DNA of 62,346 bases from a virus (Duplodnaviria; Caudoviricetes). The DNA is taken from positions 1-62,346 of the IMG/VR virus record IMGVR_UViG_3300036790_000248; one strand, given 5' to 3'. A program made the translations under genes and the position numbers. Below are positions 46,432 to 55,095 of this stretch, in pieces; positions within the stretch are counted from its first letter, which is position 1; each line of letters opens with the position of its first letter. The notes beneath the pieces are model-generated. The model saw only the letters and a program-made list of their open reading frames with translations, was not told the origin of the DNA and ran no database searches.

Positions 46432-46842
46432 ATGCCTCGCTATAAACACGGAACGTCGCGGCACCCAAAGGGCTATCCTGTGGTCAAGGCGGGCCCTTTG
46501 CGCGACCAACTCGTGCATCGGGTTGTGGCCGCCGCACTGATCGGGCGAGATCTCCGTAAGGATGAGGAAGTCCATCACCGCGACGGCAATCGGCTTAACT
46601 TCCACTGGTCGAATCTGGTTGTGATGGGGCATCGGGATCACGGATGGGTGTCGTCACGGCAGGCGTGGTACATGCGCGACAGGGATGCTCGTGAGAAGTT
46701 AGAGTGGGACGCCTTCATGGCGGATGAGGCGACAAGGTTCCAAGTAGATGTTTGCACCGCACGGGGGATTGGCGAGCCGTGGCAACCTACGCGAAAAGAC
46801 GGGGCATTGAAGACGGAGTGGGCGTCGAGACCGGGGGTATAG
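46432..46842 (+). CDS. HNH endonuclease
   Basis: VHRVVAA..IGRDL...EEVHHRDGNRLNFHWSNL. Confidence 0.9.
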   Translation: MPRYKHGTSRHPKGYPVVKAGPLRDQLVHRVVAAALIGRDLRKDEEVHHRDGNRLNFHWSNLVVMGHRDHGWVSSRQAWYMRDRDAREKLEWDAFMADEATRFQVDVCTARGIGEPWQPTRKDGALKTEWASRPGV

Positions 46843-46923
46843 GTTGCGGCATGCAGGCGACACCGACCTCCGCACTCTGCAACGCCATGTACACGACAAC
46901 CAGGTATTGATCGAGAGGGCCAG

Positions 46924-48378
46924 ATGGCTGCGCCAGATACTACGACGAAAACGCCAGTGGAGGTGGATATACGCGACGGAGGAAACGGTCGCGGGTGCGT
47001 ACCGCCCGATGACGCCGCTGGCATTCCAGGTGATGGTGAACGAGACGCTGCGGCGCTGCGGGATCACGGCGACGGCGACGGCGAGATGGAGGGGGGAGTG
47101 ACCGACCTGGCGGCGGTGCCGTGCGAGTTCACCTGCGGCGTCGCCGGGAGCGGCAAGACGTACCTGTGGCGCGAACGCATCGCCGCCGACCCCAGCGCGG
47201 GCGTGCTGGCCGCAACAACCGGCATAGCAGCCGTGAACCTCGGCACCACGACCTTGAACAGTTTGTTGCGATTCTTCGACACCGACTCCCTGCGCGACTC
47301 CTACCTCAACGGGTCGCTGGTGCGTCGGCTCAAGGAACTGAGGGAGGATTACCGCCGGATCGTGATCGACGAAGTGTCGATGATGGACGGCGATCAGCTC
47401 GGCATCCTCGTGCGGGCGGCGTTGGAGTGTAACTCGTTCCTGTCCGCGTCCGGCGCGCCGCCGCTGGGACTCACCCTCGTCGGCGACTTCGCCCAGCTCC
47501 CTCCGGTCAAGGCCCGCTGGGCGTTCGAGTCTGACGAATGGCACCGCTTTGACGCCGCCACGACGCGACTCACCAAAGTATGGCGGCAGGACGCCGGGCC
47601 ATTCCTCAACGCGCTCAACCTGACGCGATCCGGTTGCGGCGACGCGGCGGCGGCAGTGCTGTCGCAGGAGGGACTGGAGTGGCACTCCTCCCTCGACATC
47701 GGCTTCGACGGCACGACGATCGTGCCCAAGAACGACGCCGTCGATCGCTACAACGGGATGGCCCTCGACCGCCTCTCCGGCGCGACGTTTACTCTGACCA
47801 ACCGCCGATGGGGCAAGCAGCGCGGCGAGTGGAAGCAGGTGCCCGACCGGGTGACGCTGAAGCCGGGCGCGTACGTGATGCTGCTGTCGAACTCCTACGG
47901 CGACGATGGCTCGCTGGAGTACGCCAACGGGGACTGCGGCCACGTGCGCGACCACTCCGCCGGATCGCTGACCGTGGAACTGGTGCGTAACGGGGCCGAG
48001 GTGGACGTCCGGCGCGTGGTGCGTGACACGGGCCGCAAGGATAAGCCGGAAGGATGGACGCGCGGCGACGGCGCAACCGGGCACGGCGAGTGGCTGTCGC
48101 GGCCACACTGGATACCGGATAAGCGGCGGAGGTTCGTCGAGGGACAGGTGGAAATGTGGCCGGTGCGACTGGCGTATGCGTCCACGGTACACAAGTCTCA
48201 GGGGCTGTCGCTCGATCGCCTTCAGTGCGACATAAGGGATCACTTCTTCTCCGCCCCAGCAATGGAATACGTCGCCCTGAGCCGATGCCGCACCCTCGCT
48301 GGGCTCCGCATCGTGGGACAACGGGAACGATTCATCCGCAACTGCAACATTGACGAGCGTACTAGGCCGTGGCTATGA
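46924..48378 (+). CDS. Pif1/RecD-like SF1 helicase (alternative start GTG 47098)
   Basis: GVAGSGKT, ATTGIAA, IDEVSM, VGDFAQLPPV, VWRQ, YASTVHKSQG, YVALSR. Confidence 0.92.
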   Translation: MAAPDTTTKTPVEVDIRDGGNGRGCVPPDDAAGIPGDGERDAAALRDHGDGDGEMEGGVTDLAAVPCEFTCGVAGSGKTYLWRERIAADPSAGVLAATTGIAAVNLGTTTLNSLLRFFDTDSLRDSYLNGSLVRRLKELREDYRRIVIDEVSMMDGDQLGILVRAALECNSFLSASGAPPLGLTLVGDFAQLPPVKARWAFESDEWHRFDAATTRLTKVWRQDAGPFLNALNLTRSGCGDAAAAVLSQEGLEWHSSLDIGFDGTTIVPKNDAVDRYNGMALDRLSGATFTLTNRRWGKQRGEWKQVPDRVTLKPGAYVMLLSNSYGDDGSLEYANGDCGHVRDHSAGSLTVELVRNGAEVDVRRVVRDTGRKDKPEGWTRGDGATGHGEWLSRPHWIPDKRRRFVEGQVEMWPVRLAYASTVHKSQGLSLDRLQCDIRDHFFSAPAMEYVALSRCRTLAGLRIVGQRERFIRNCNIDERTRPWL

Positions 48379-48566
48379 GGTGCGTCGCGACATACACACG
48401 TGGACGTAAGCAGGGCCAGCAGTGTAAGCAGAAGGCCACATTTGGTCGTAACTACTGCACCGTTCATGCGCCGGAGCACAAGGCTGAGATCGCCCGTGCG
48501 CGCGGGCTGCGAGTGGTACCTACAAGGAGAGCCGAAGATGGCCGAGATAAAGCTCAAGTTTCCTGA
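48375..48566 (+). CDS. Small Zn-finger protein
   Basis: RCVA...GQQCKQK....YCTVH. Confidence 0.6.
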   Translation: MRCVATYTRGRKQGQQCKQKATFGRNYCTVHAPEHKAEIARARGLRVVPTRRAEDGRDKAQVS

Positions 48567-48885
48567 CTCCGTTCCGTTAGACCAGATTGATATTCCGTTC
48601 CTTCAAGGGATGCTCAACCGGATGGCATTTGGCTTTCATAATTACGGGCACATGCGTCGCTACGACAATCGCCCCAACAGCTTGAAGAATGTGGAGATCA
48701 GGCTGCGCGAGTACAAACGCACACACAACACAGAGTTCCTGATGGACGCGGCTAACTACTGCATGATGGAGTTCTGTGCCCCGCACTTCAAGGATGCAGA
48801 GTTTCGCGCCACATCCAAGGCGGAATCGCCTGGCGCAATTGTCAACGGTAGGCTGGTTAAAGGAAAGGAAGACTATGGCAGATAA
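48538..48885 (+). CDS. All-alpha NTP-pyrophosphatase-like phage protein
   Basis: FLQGMLNRMAFGFHNYG...NTEFLMDAANYCMMEF. Confidence 0.55.
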   Translation: MAEIKLKFPDSVPLDQIDIPFLQGMLNRMAFGFHNYGHMRRYDNRPNSLKNVEIRLREYKRTHNTEFLMDAANYCMMEFCAPHFKDAEFRATSKAESPGAIVNGRLVKGKEDYGR

Positions 48886-49072
48886 TGACGACATGAACAA
48901 CGACCCCGCAATCCTCACCGAGCACGGACGCACGACCCCGTGGGCGCGGCGGCAGGCGGTGCTGAATATGAAGCGCGACCCGGCCCTGCTGGCGCGGATG
49001 GTCGCGCAGTTCGGCGAGGAGCGCATCCGGCGGGACTATCCTGAATGCTTCATGGAGGAGGAATCGCAATGA
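48875..49072 (+). CDS. Hypothetical protein
   Basis: AGGAAAGG RBS; coupled to neighbours. Confidence 0.6.
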   Translation: MADNDDMNNDPAILTEHGRTTPWARRQAVLNMKRDPALLARMVAQFGEERIRRDYPECFMEEESQ

Positions 49073-49554
49073 CATCCCGTATCGCCATCTGCGTCACTGC
49101 CATCCTGGCCGTCGTGTTCCTCGCTGCGACGGCGCACTGTCAAGACAGCACTGGCAACGTCAAGGGGGACGGGCCGATCCCGTCGTCCATTAAGACGCCG
49201 CCAGGCAAGCCAACCGTAGACTCCGGTATCCCGCTGCCTCCGCCGCCGTTGCTGTCGGCCGACGACAAGTTCCATGGCCGCTCCCTCCAGTTGGAGGAGG
49301 CGCAGGACATCTCCGCGTTGCAGCAGACGCCGCAGTACCAGACCGCCATGGCCGCGCAGCAGCGCCGGGCGCAGTTCTTCCGCGACCTGTACGCCAAGTA
49401 CCATCTGGACGCGGCGCATTACGTGGTATGCGACGGGCCGGGGACGGGACAGCCAAGCGAGGCCGCGTGCAAGGGCGTGGCGCGGGGGGACATGGAGTGG
49501 CGGGCGGTGGTTGCGCCGGCGCCAGCGCCAGCCGCAACGGGGCCGAAGAGGTGA
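49069..49554 (+). CDS. Secreted hypothetical protein
   Basis: Signal peptide MTSRIAICVTAILAVVFLAATAHC-Q. Confidence 0.65.
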   Translation: MTSRIAICVTAILAVVFLAATAHCQDSTGNVKGDGPIPSSIKTPPGKPTVDSGIPLPPPPLLSADDKFHGRSLQLEEAQDISALQQTPQYQTAMAAQQRRAQFFRDLYAKYHLDAAHYVVCDGPGTGQPSEAACKGVARGDMEWRAVVAPAPAPAATGPKR

Positions 49555-52328
49555 GCCGATGCAAGCCCAGTTCGTGTTCCGGCTGCTCAATTGAAGGCCA
49601 TGGAACAGATTTCAGCGCGATCGAGGGAACCGGATCGCTCGGTGTCCTCATCTGTGCCGAAGCCAGCGGTGAGCTCGAAGCCCGCGACCAGCTCCCGCTA
49701 CGCCCGTATGCGCCCAGCGGCTCCGTGCTCGAACGCACCTTTCGACGGATGGGCTACTCCCGCGCCCAGTTCTCGATCACCAATACGCTCCGCTGCCGCC
49801 CGCGCAACAACTGGCTGGCGGGCGCGCCGTGGGAGTTCGGAGCACTCAACCACTGCCGATCTAATCTCGATGCCGCTATTAGCGAGCGTAGGCCCCGCGC
49901 TATCTTGGCTCTAGGGGATACAGCGCTGCGCGAACTTACCAATGAGGTCGGGCCCGCGAGAGGCGTGTCTCATCTCTGTGGATACGCGCTGCCGGGGCCG
50001 CCCGATCCACATGTGGCGGCGATTCAGGCGATCCCGGTGATCCCCGCCTTCCACCCGGCGTTCATCCGGCGCGGCAAGGCGTCGCTGCAAGGCGTGTTCG
50101 CGCGCAACCTGCAACGGGCGGTGAACGTGGCGGCGGGGCGCGATCGTGAATGGACGTGGGGCATCGACCCCGAAAGGAGTGAGACGTATGGACAGCTCAG
50201 ATATTCGCTACATCCTAGCCTTGACGAGGCGCGAGCATTTGCGCGAAGAGTTACGGAATCTCCGGAACGAACTCTCTCCTACGATATCGAGACTTTCGAG
50301 AGCGCTAGCCTTGATGAGGATGCTCGCGATGGATTTACAGATACCCGCATTCGACTCATCCAGTTCTCTATTGAATCAGGCAGTGGAATCGCTCTCCCTT
50401 GGGAGGGAACTTATCGAGACATCGCTGGCGAGTTGCTACGAACCTCCAATGTCAAGTGCGGCCACAACCTCTGGCTCTTCGACAACAAAGTCCTCGACGC
50501 CTGCGGGGCCCGCGAGGGACTCGACCTCCGACCACGAGGCGTGATCCACGACACGCTCCAGATGTTCCACCACTGGCAACCGGATCTCCCGGCGCACCTA
50601 CAGTTCTGCGCCCAGTTCGTGCAGTTCCCGTTCCCGTGGAAACACTTGGCGGCCACCAACCTGGAGTTCTACGGCTGCGTGGATGTGGACGCGACGCTGC
50701 GCCTGTACACGTTCCTGCGCCAGCAACTCGACCGCGACGGGATCTGGGACTCGCCGTACGACGCGTCCGGCGACTGTGTCGGCGGGTACGTGGGCCAGGT
50801 GGCGCAGGTCAGGCCGATCCTCGCGGCGATGGAGCGCCGGGGATTGCCCGTCGACGACACCGAGCGGTTGAAGCTGGACGGGGAGTTCGATGCGGCGCAA
50901 CAGGAGTTGGACGCGGCGCTGCAACTGAGAGTGCCGGAGGAAGTGCTGGGGCTGGAGCCGCGGCGCGGGAAGAAAGGGAACTATGATTACGGATACGTCA
51001 GGACGCCTAAAGATACTACAGGTCTCGTACTGCGGGCCTGTACCATCACCACGATTGATGAGAGCACTGGAGAGCCTTGCCGAAGCAGCGTTGAACGCTA
51101 TTGCCGGGTCATTGCCTTCAACCCCAACTCTCCTGACCAGCTCAAACGATACATGGACGCTAGAGGTCACAAGCGTCCTAAATCCCGCGAACAAGACGAC
51201 GAAGGCCACGACAAAGACACCACGGCGAAGAAAGAGTTAGTCCGGCTGGCGCATCGCAGCGGCGACGACTTCTACCTGCGCGTCATCGAGTATCGAGAGT
51301 TATCGAAAATGCGAGGGACGTACATTGATGGCTTCGCGCCCCACGCCGACGGGCGCGTCCACACGACGTTCACGTTCGACACCGGCACGGGCCAGCTCAC
51401 CTCCCGCAACCCGAACGCGCAGAACTTCCCCAAGCATGGTCGGCTCGCCAAGGCCATCCGCCGCATGGTCGCCGCGCCGCCCGGCCGCATCCTCGTCGAG
51501 TGGGACTACAAGGCTTATCACGTCCTCACCACTGGCTGGTGCGCCGAGGACGCCTCCTACATACGGATGGCGCGGCTGGACATGCACTCGTTCGTCGCGG
51601 GATGCTTCCTCGGTACGTGGCAACCGCAAATCATGGAGGAGTCCGATGAGGAGCTTCGAGATCGCTTTCGATGGTTCAAGCAGGACAGCGACCGCAAACG
51701 TGTCCGTGATAAGCAAGCCAAGCCTTCCATTCTCGGAGTCGGCTTTGGAATGGGCGCTCGGCGACTGTATCAGGAGAACCTTGAGCACTTTTCTGGGGAG
51801 CGAGTTGCAAAGCATTTCCTCGATCTCCTGCACCGTCTTTTTCCGCGAGTCTTTGCGTGGCAGCAGCGTATCCGCCAGCAGGCCCACGAGCAACAGTACC
51901 TGCGCTCCCCGTTCGGCCACCTGCGACGGTTCTACGAAGTCTTCACTTGGGACTACAAATCGGCCACGTACAAAAACGGCGACCAGGCGGAGGAGGCGGT
52001 AGCGTTCCTGCCCGCCAACGTCGCGTTCGGCAACATCCGGCTCACGATGAAGGCGCTGGAACGCGCTGGGATCGCTGACCGCTATGGCCTGTGCAATACG
52101 ATCCACGATTCGCTGATGTTCGACTTCCCCGCGCCGCTGCTGGAGCAACACATCGCCGAGGTGTACCCGATCCTGATCGCGCCGTCGCCGGTGCTGCGGA
52201 ACTCGGTTACACCGGAAGGACTGTGGTGTGACGCGGAATGCAGTGCCGGGCCGAACTGGGCTTCAATGACTGAGAGGGAGGTCGCTCATGCGCCGACTGT
52301 GGCGTCTTCTGTTGCTGCGATGGTATAG
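49551..52328 (+). CDS. polA: Family A DNA polymerase with N-terminal family-4 UDG-like domain and 3'-5' exonuclease
   Basis: UDG: CSGC, AEASG..E, TNTLRCRP, FHPA; Exo: YDIET, GHN..FD, YGCVD; Pol: TGQLTSRNPNAQN, DYKAYH, AKPSILGVGFG, IHDS. Confidence 0.92.
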   Translation: MSRCKPSSCSGCSIEGHGTDFSAIEGTGSLGVLICAEASGELEARDQLPLRPYAPSGSVLERTFRRMGYSRAQFSITNTLRCRPRNNWLAGAPWEFGALNHCRSNLDAAISERRPRAILALGDTALRELTNEVGPARGVSHLCGYALPGPPDPHVAAIQAIPVIPAFHPAFIRRGKASLQGVFARNLQRAVNVAAGRDREWTWGIDPERSETYGQLRYSLHPSLDEARAFARRVTESPERTLSYDIETFESASLDEDARDGFTDTRIRLIQFSIESGSGIALPWEGTYRDIAGELLRTSNVKCGHNLWLFDNKVLDACGAREGLDLRPRGVIHDTLQMFHHWQPDLPAHLQFCAQFVQFPFPWKHLAATNLEFYGCVDVDATLRLYTFLRQQLDRDGIWDSPYDASGDCVGGYVGQVAQVRPILAAMERRGLPVDDTERLKLDGEFDAAQQELDAALQLRVPEEVLGLEPRRGKKGNYDYGYVRTPKDTTGLVLRACTITTIDESTGEPCRSSVERYCRVIAFNPNSPDQLKRYMDARGHKRPKSREQDDEGHDKDTTAKKELVRLAHRSGDDFYLRVIEYRELSKMRGTYIDGFAPHADGRVHTTFTFDTGTGQLTSRNPNAQNFPKHGRLAKAIRRMVAAPPGRILVEWDYKAYHVLTTGWCAEDASYIRMARLDMHSFVAGCFLGTWQPQIMEESDEELRDRFRWFKQDSDRKRVRDKQAKPSILGVGFGMGARRLYQENLEHFSGERVAKHFLDLLHRLFPRVFAWQQRIRQQAHEQQYLRSPFGHLRRFYEVFTWDYKSATYKNGDQAEEAVAFLPANVAFGNIRLTMKALERAGIADRYGLCNTIHDSLMFDFPAPLLEQHIAEVYPILIAPSPVLRNSVTPEGLWCDAECSAGPNWASMTEREVAHAPTVASSVAAMV

Positions 52329-53371
52329 GCCGACTGCGGAGTCGGAGTGGCCTGTCGTGCGTCTGCGCCAGCTGCTCGGATCTGATACAGGCCCAGTCCT
52401 GCGATGTCCACTCGGCTATCGCATGGCATGCACACCGGCTGCCACGCGCACGGCCCTCCAACCGGATCACACGCCGACCGCGCCATCGGCACCGACAGCG
52501 GATCCACCGCCGCGTCTGCGTCCACGAGTCGTCTACGCATCTCCTCCACTAGAAGGAGTATTTCCGATCGGATACGGCTGCCCTGTGCCTGCGAAGGTTG
52601 AGAAATGGTTACATGGTGAAGAAGGGACGGCGTAACGTGATCGGCGTCGAGCAGATCGCACCACGCGTCGGCGTCCGGCTTGGTCTGGTCGGCGTACCAC
52701 AGCGGCGTCCACTTGTCGCCGGAGAGTTTGCGCCATCCGCCCTTGCCGTCCGGTCGCTGGAACCGGTACTGCCCCGCGATGCACGGATGCTTCCAGCATC
52801 GCGCCCACGGCGACACGCGGCGACCGGATCGCTGCTGGCCGATATCGACTACATGCAGCATCATCGGCGCGTCCAGCATCACCATGTCGCCGATCACCGC
52901 CCACGAGTGCGCCTCGCGGGCCAGCGTGTCGGCGTCGAAGCTGTCCGCCGTGATCCATCTGTGAAGAGTGCCGGAATCGTCGAGCCAAGAGGAGGGACGC
53001 CATGAAGCTAACGTGGAATCAGTGCTGTGGATTGATACTGATTGCGGTCGGGTCAGTACAAGTAGTGTCAACCTGGATATGGCTGTTAAGACGACACCGA
53101 GCATCCCGGCCCAGTCCTGCGCCACCGTCCACGGGTCGCCGGTCAGCATGTCCAGTCCCGGCCGCGCCGCCTCGGACAGAAACCGGGTACGCGCATCCGA
53201 CCTTACAACCTCAATCGGTTCGGTGTTCGATAGTCGGAACACACCTTCGCGTAGACACGACCGGAACAATGACGCCGGACGCCATCGCAACACGCGCCAC
53301 TGCCGCTCTAAAAGCCAGCGACGGGGGCAGGTCTGCCACTGGCGGAGATCCGAGGCGGACACGGTGAACAT
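52286..53371 (-). CDS. Second Cas4/PD-(D/E)XK-like protein, catalytic motifs degenerate
   Basis: SASDLRQWQTCPRRW N-terminus; C-terminal RSAC...PCAWQPVC; RPSSWL...HRWIT at catalytic positions. Confidence 0.6.
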   Translation of the reverse strand: MFTVSASDLRQWQTCPRRWLLERQWRVLRWRPASLFRSCLREGVFRLSNTEPIEVVRSDARTRFLSEAARPGLDMLTGDPWTVAQDWAGMLGVVLTAISRLTLLVLTRPQSVSIHSTDSTLASWRPSSWLDDSGTLHRWITADSFDADTLAREAHSWAVIGDMVMLDAPMMLHVVDIGQQRSGRRVSPWARCWKHPCIAGQYRFQRPDGKGGWRKLSGDKWTPLWYADQTKPDADAWCDLLDADHVTPSLLHHVTISQPSQAQGSRIRSEILLLVEEMRRRLVDADAAVDPLSVPMARSACDPVGGPCAWQPVCMPCDSRVDIAGLGLYQIRAAGADARQATPTPQSAYTIAATEDATVGA

Positions 53372-53535
53372 ACGTCCCCACAATATCACCAATCCGGTAC
53401 GCATGGATGATCCGTGCTACCGCTGCGACGGGCGCTGGAAGCTCCTGCGCGTGACGCCGGACGACTTGGATCGCATGGTGGAGTGGGGCGTGGAACTGAT
53501 CGTCAAATGTCGCGGCTGCGGCATCCTTAGCGCCG

Positions 53536-55095
53536 CTACTCGTCGCCGACCGGGGGCGGAGGAACAGTCCGAGGGCGTTTGAAGCGGTCGTAGAGTTCCG
53601 CGCCAGCCTCGCCCCCAACCGCGTATCCCAGCAGCGGGTGACCCATCGCCGATCCCATAGACCCGCCGACCACTTTCCCTCCGAGACGGGCTGCCTTACG
53701 AGCCATCGTGCCCTTCTCCGGCGGCTTGGGCGGCTTGGGCCTCGGCAACTCCTTCACTTCCGGCACCTTCTTGCTGATCTCCGCAGCCTCGCCTGCAATG
53801 CGTTTCGCGGCCAACGGCAGATGCGGCTTGGCGCCATGCTCGGTGTAGCGGCGTAACTGGTTCGACATGTACTCGTTGCCGCGGCCCATAACCTGCGGCT
53901 CCAAGAAGTTGGCGTCGAGTGCTTTGTGTGCGCGAGCCAACGGGGACTTGGGATCGACCCAATCCTGACGGAACTGACGCTCAGACGATTTCAGCGCCGT
54001 GTATTGGTCGCCCAGCTTGCGGGACTCGGCGGCCTTGGTAAGTTGCGAGTCCAATCCCTCCTGCACCGACTTCAACGCTTGGTACACGTTGCCGGGGAGG
54101 TTCCCCTGCGCCAGCTTGTCGCCGATCGCGGAGTAGTGTACGCGGGCCGTGTCGAACGGTAACTCTCCCGTGCCTGGGATGGCCTTCAACTCGCCCCCCG
54201 CACCTTCCATGAACTCCTGTATCCCCATCTCCTTCGCCAGATCGTTGAACACTTTCAGTGACGAGGGGCTTCCCTTGAGATACTTGGCCTTCGCATCTTC
54301 AATCTGGTTGAACGCGGCAGCGGGGTCAAGTTGCGCCCCCTCCATCCCTTGGCGGAACTGGCCCCAACGCTGATCCAGCGACGACCGTGCGCGGGTGTAC
54401 GTCTCCTGTAGATTCTGGTGCAACTCCTTCACGGTGCCCTTTGCCGCAGCGTCCAGCCGCGCCTTACGCTGCACCTGCGCGGTGGCGTCACGGTACCCAC
54501 GATTGGCCTTCTCGATGGCCTCGACGCGCTCTGGTGTCATGACCTCGGATGCGGGAGGCTCTGGCACCGTCTTTCCGCGCAGCGTGGCGGTCGTGGCCTC
54601 GGAGCTCCCAGACGGCTCCGCACCCGCCTCGTGCATGATCCCAGCCGTGAGGGCGTCCCCAGCGAGGTTAGCGGGATCCTTCGCCCAATCCTTGGCCGCA
54701 GCGACGATCTGGCCCGGCGGCCCGTACTTCCACGCCCGCGCCAGTGTCTCTTTCGGCCCGGCGAAGGGATGCGGGCCTGACATTCTTCGCACCAGATCGG
54801 CATGCTCTGGCGTCCCACGCTCAGTCATGGCGATAGCTCCGCTGATCGTCTGGTTGAGGCTGTGGCCAGTGTCGCCGACGCGCTTGCTGGTACGAGCGAG
54901 GAACGACTGGCTGGGATCGACGTTAGGATCGCCGACCAGTGGCGATTCGTGCATGGCGATGGACGGCTTGGCTATCGTGGGCGGTGCAATAGGCGACGCC
55001 GCACTGCGATCCGGCTCGGCGTATTGTGCCCACTTGTCGGACTGCCCGCCGCCAGACGCGGGTTCTGCGTACTGGGCCCACTTATCATCGGGCAT
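53536..55095 (-). CDS. Internal virion / DNA ejection protein
   Basis: N-terminal DKWAQYAEP repeat, helical, C-terminal Gly-rich hydrophobic segment; last of three genes after GNAT-like gene. Confidence 0.65.
   Translation of the reverse strand: MPDDKWAQYAEPASGGGQSDKWAQYAEPDRSAASPIAPPTIAKPSIAMHESPLVGDPNVDPSQSFLARTSKRVGDTGHSLNQTISGAIAMTERGTPEHADLVRRMSGPHPFAGPKETLARAWKYGPPGQIVAAAKDWAKDPANLAGDALTAGIMHEAGAEPSGSSEATTATLRGKTVPEPPASEVMTPERVEAIEKANRGYRDATAQVQRKARLDAAAKGTVKELHQNLQETYTRARSSLDQRWGQFRQGMEGAQLDPAAAFNQIEDAKAKYLKGSPSSLKVFNDLAKEMGIQEFMEGAGGELKAIPGTGELPFDTARVHYSAIGDKLAQGNLPGNVYQALKSVQEGLDSQLTKAAESRKLGDQYTALKSSERQFRQDWVDPKSPLARAHKALDANFLEPQVMGRGNEYMSNQLRRYTEHGAKPHLPLAAKRIAGEAAEISKKVPEVKELPRPKPPKPPEKGTMARKAARLGGKVVGGSMGSAMGHPLLGYAVGGEAGAELYDRFKRPRTVPPPPVGDE

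Noticed and set aside
46432-46842. HNH as part of a self-splicing intron
   Set aside because: Flanking SSB-like and helicase genes appear intact; the HNH is free-standing
28373-52328. Lysogeny module (integrase, CI-like repressor) or partition system
   Set aside because: No tyrosine/serine recombinase, CI/S24 or ParA/ParB motifs recognised; only an RHH regulator. Lifestyle unresolved
53403-53582. Plus-strand small ORF MDDPCYRCDG...CRGCG
   Set aside because: Has two CxxC motifs but opposes the local operon direction, overlaps the ejection gene end and lacks a clear RBS; not supported enough to call
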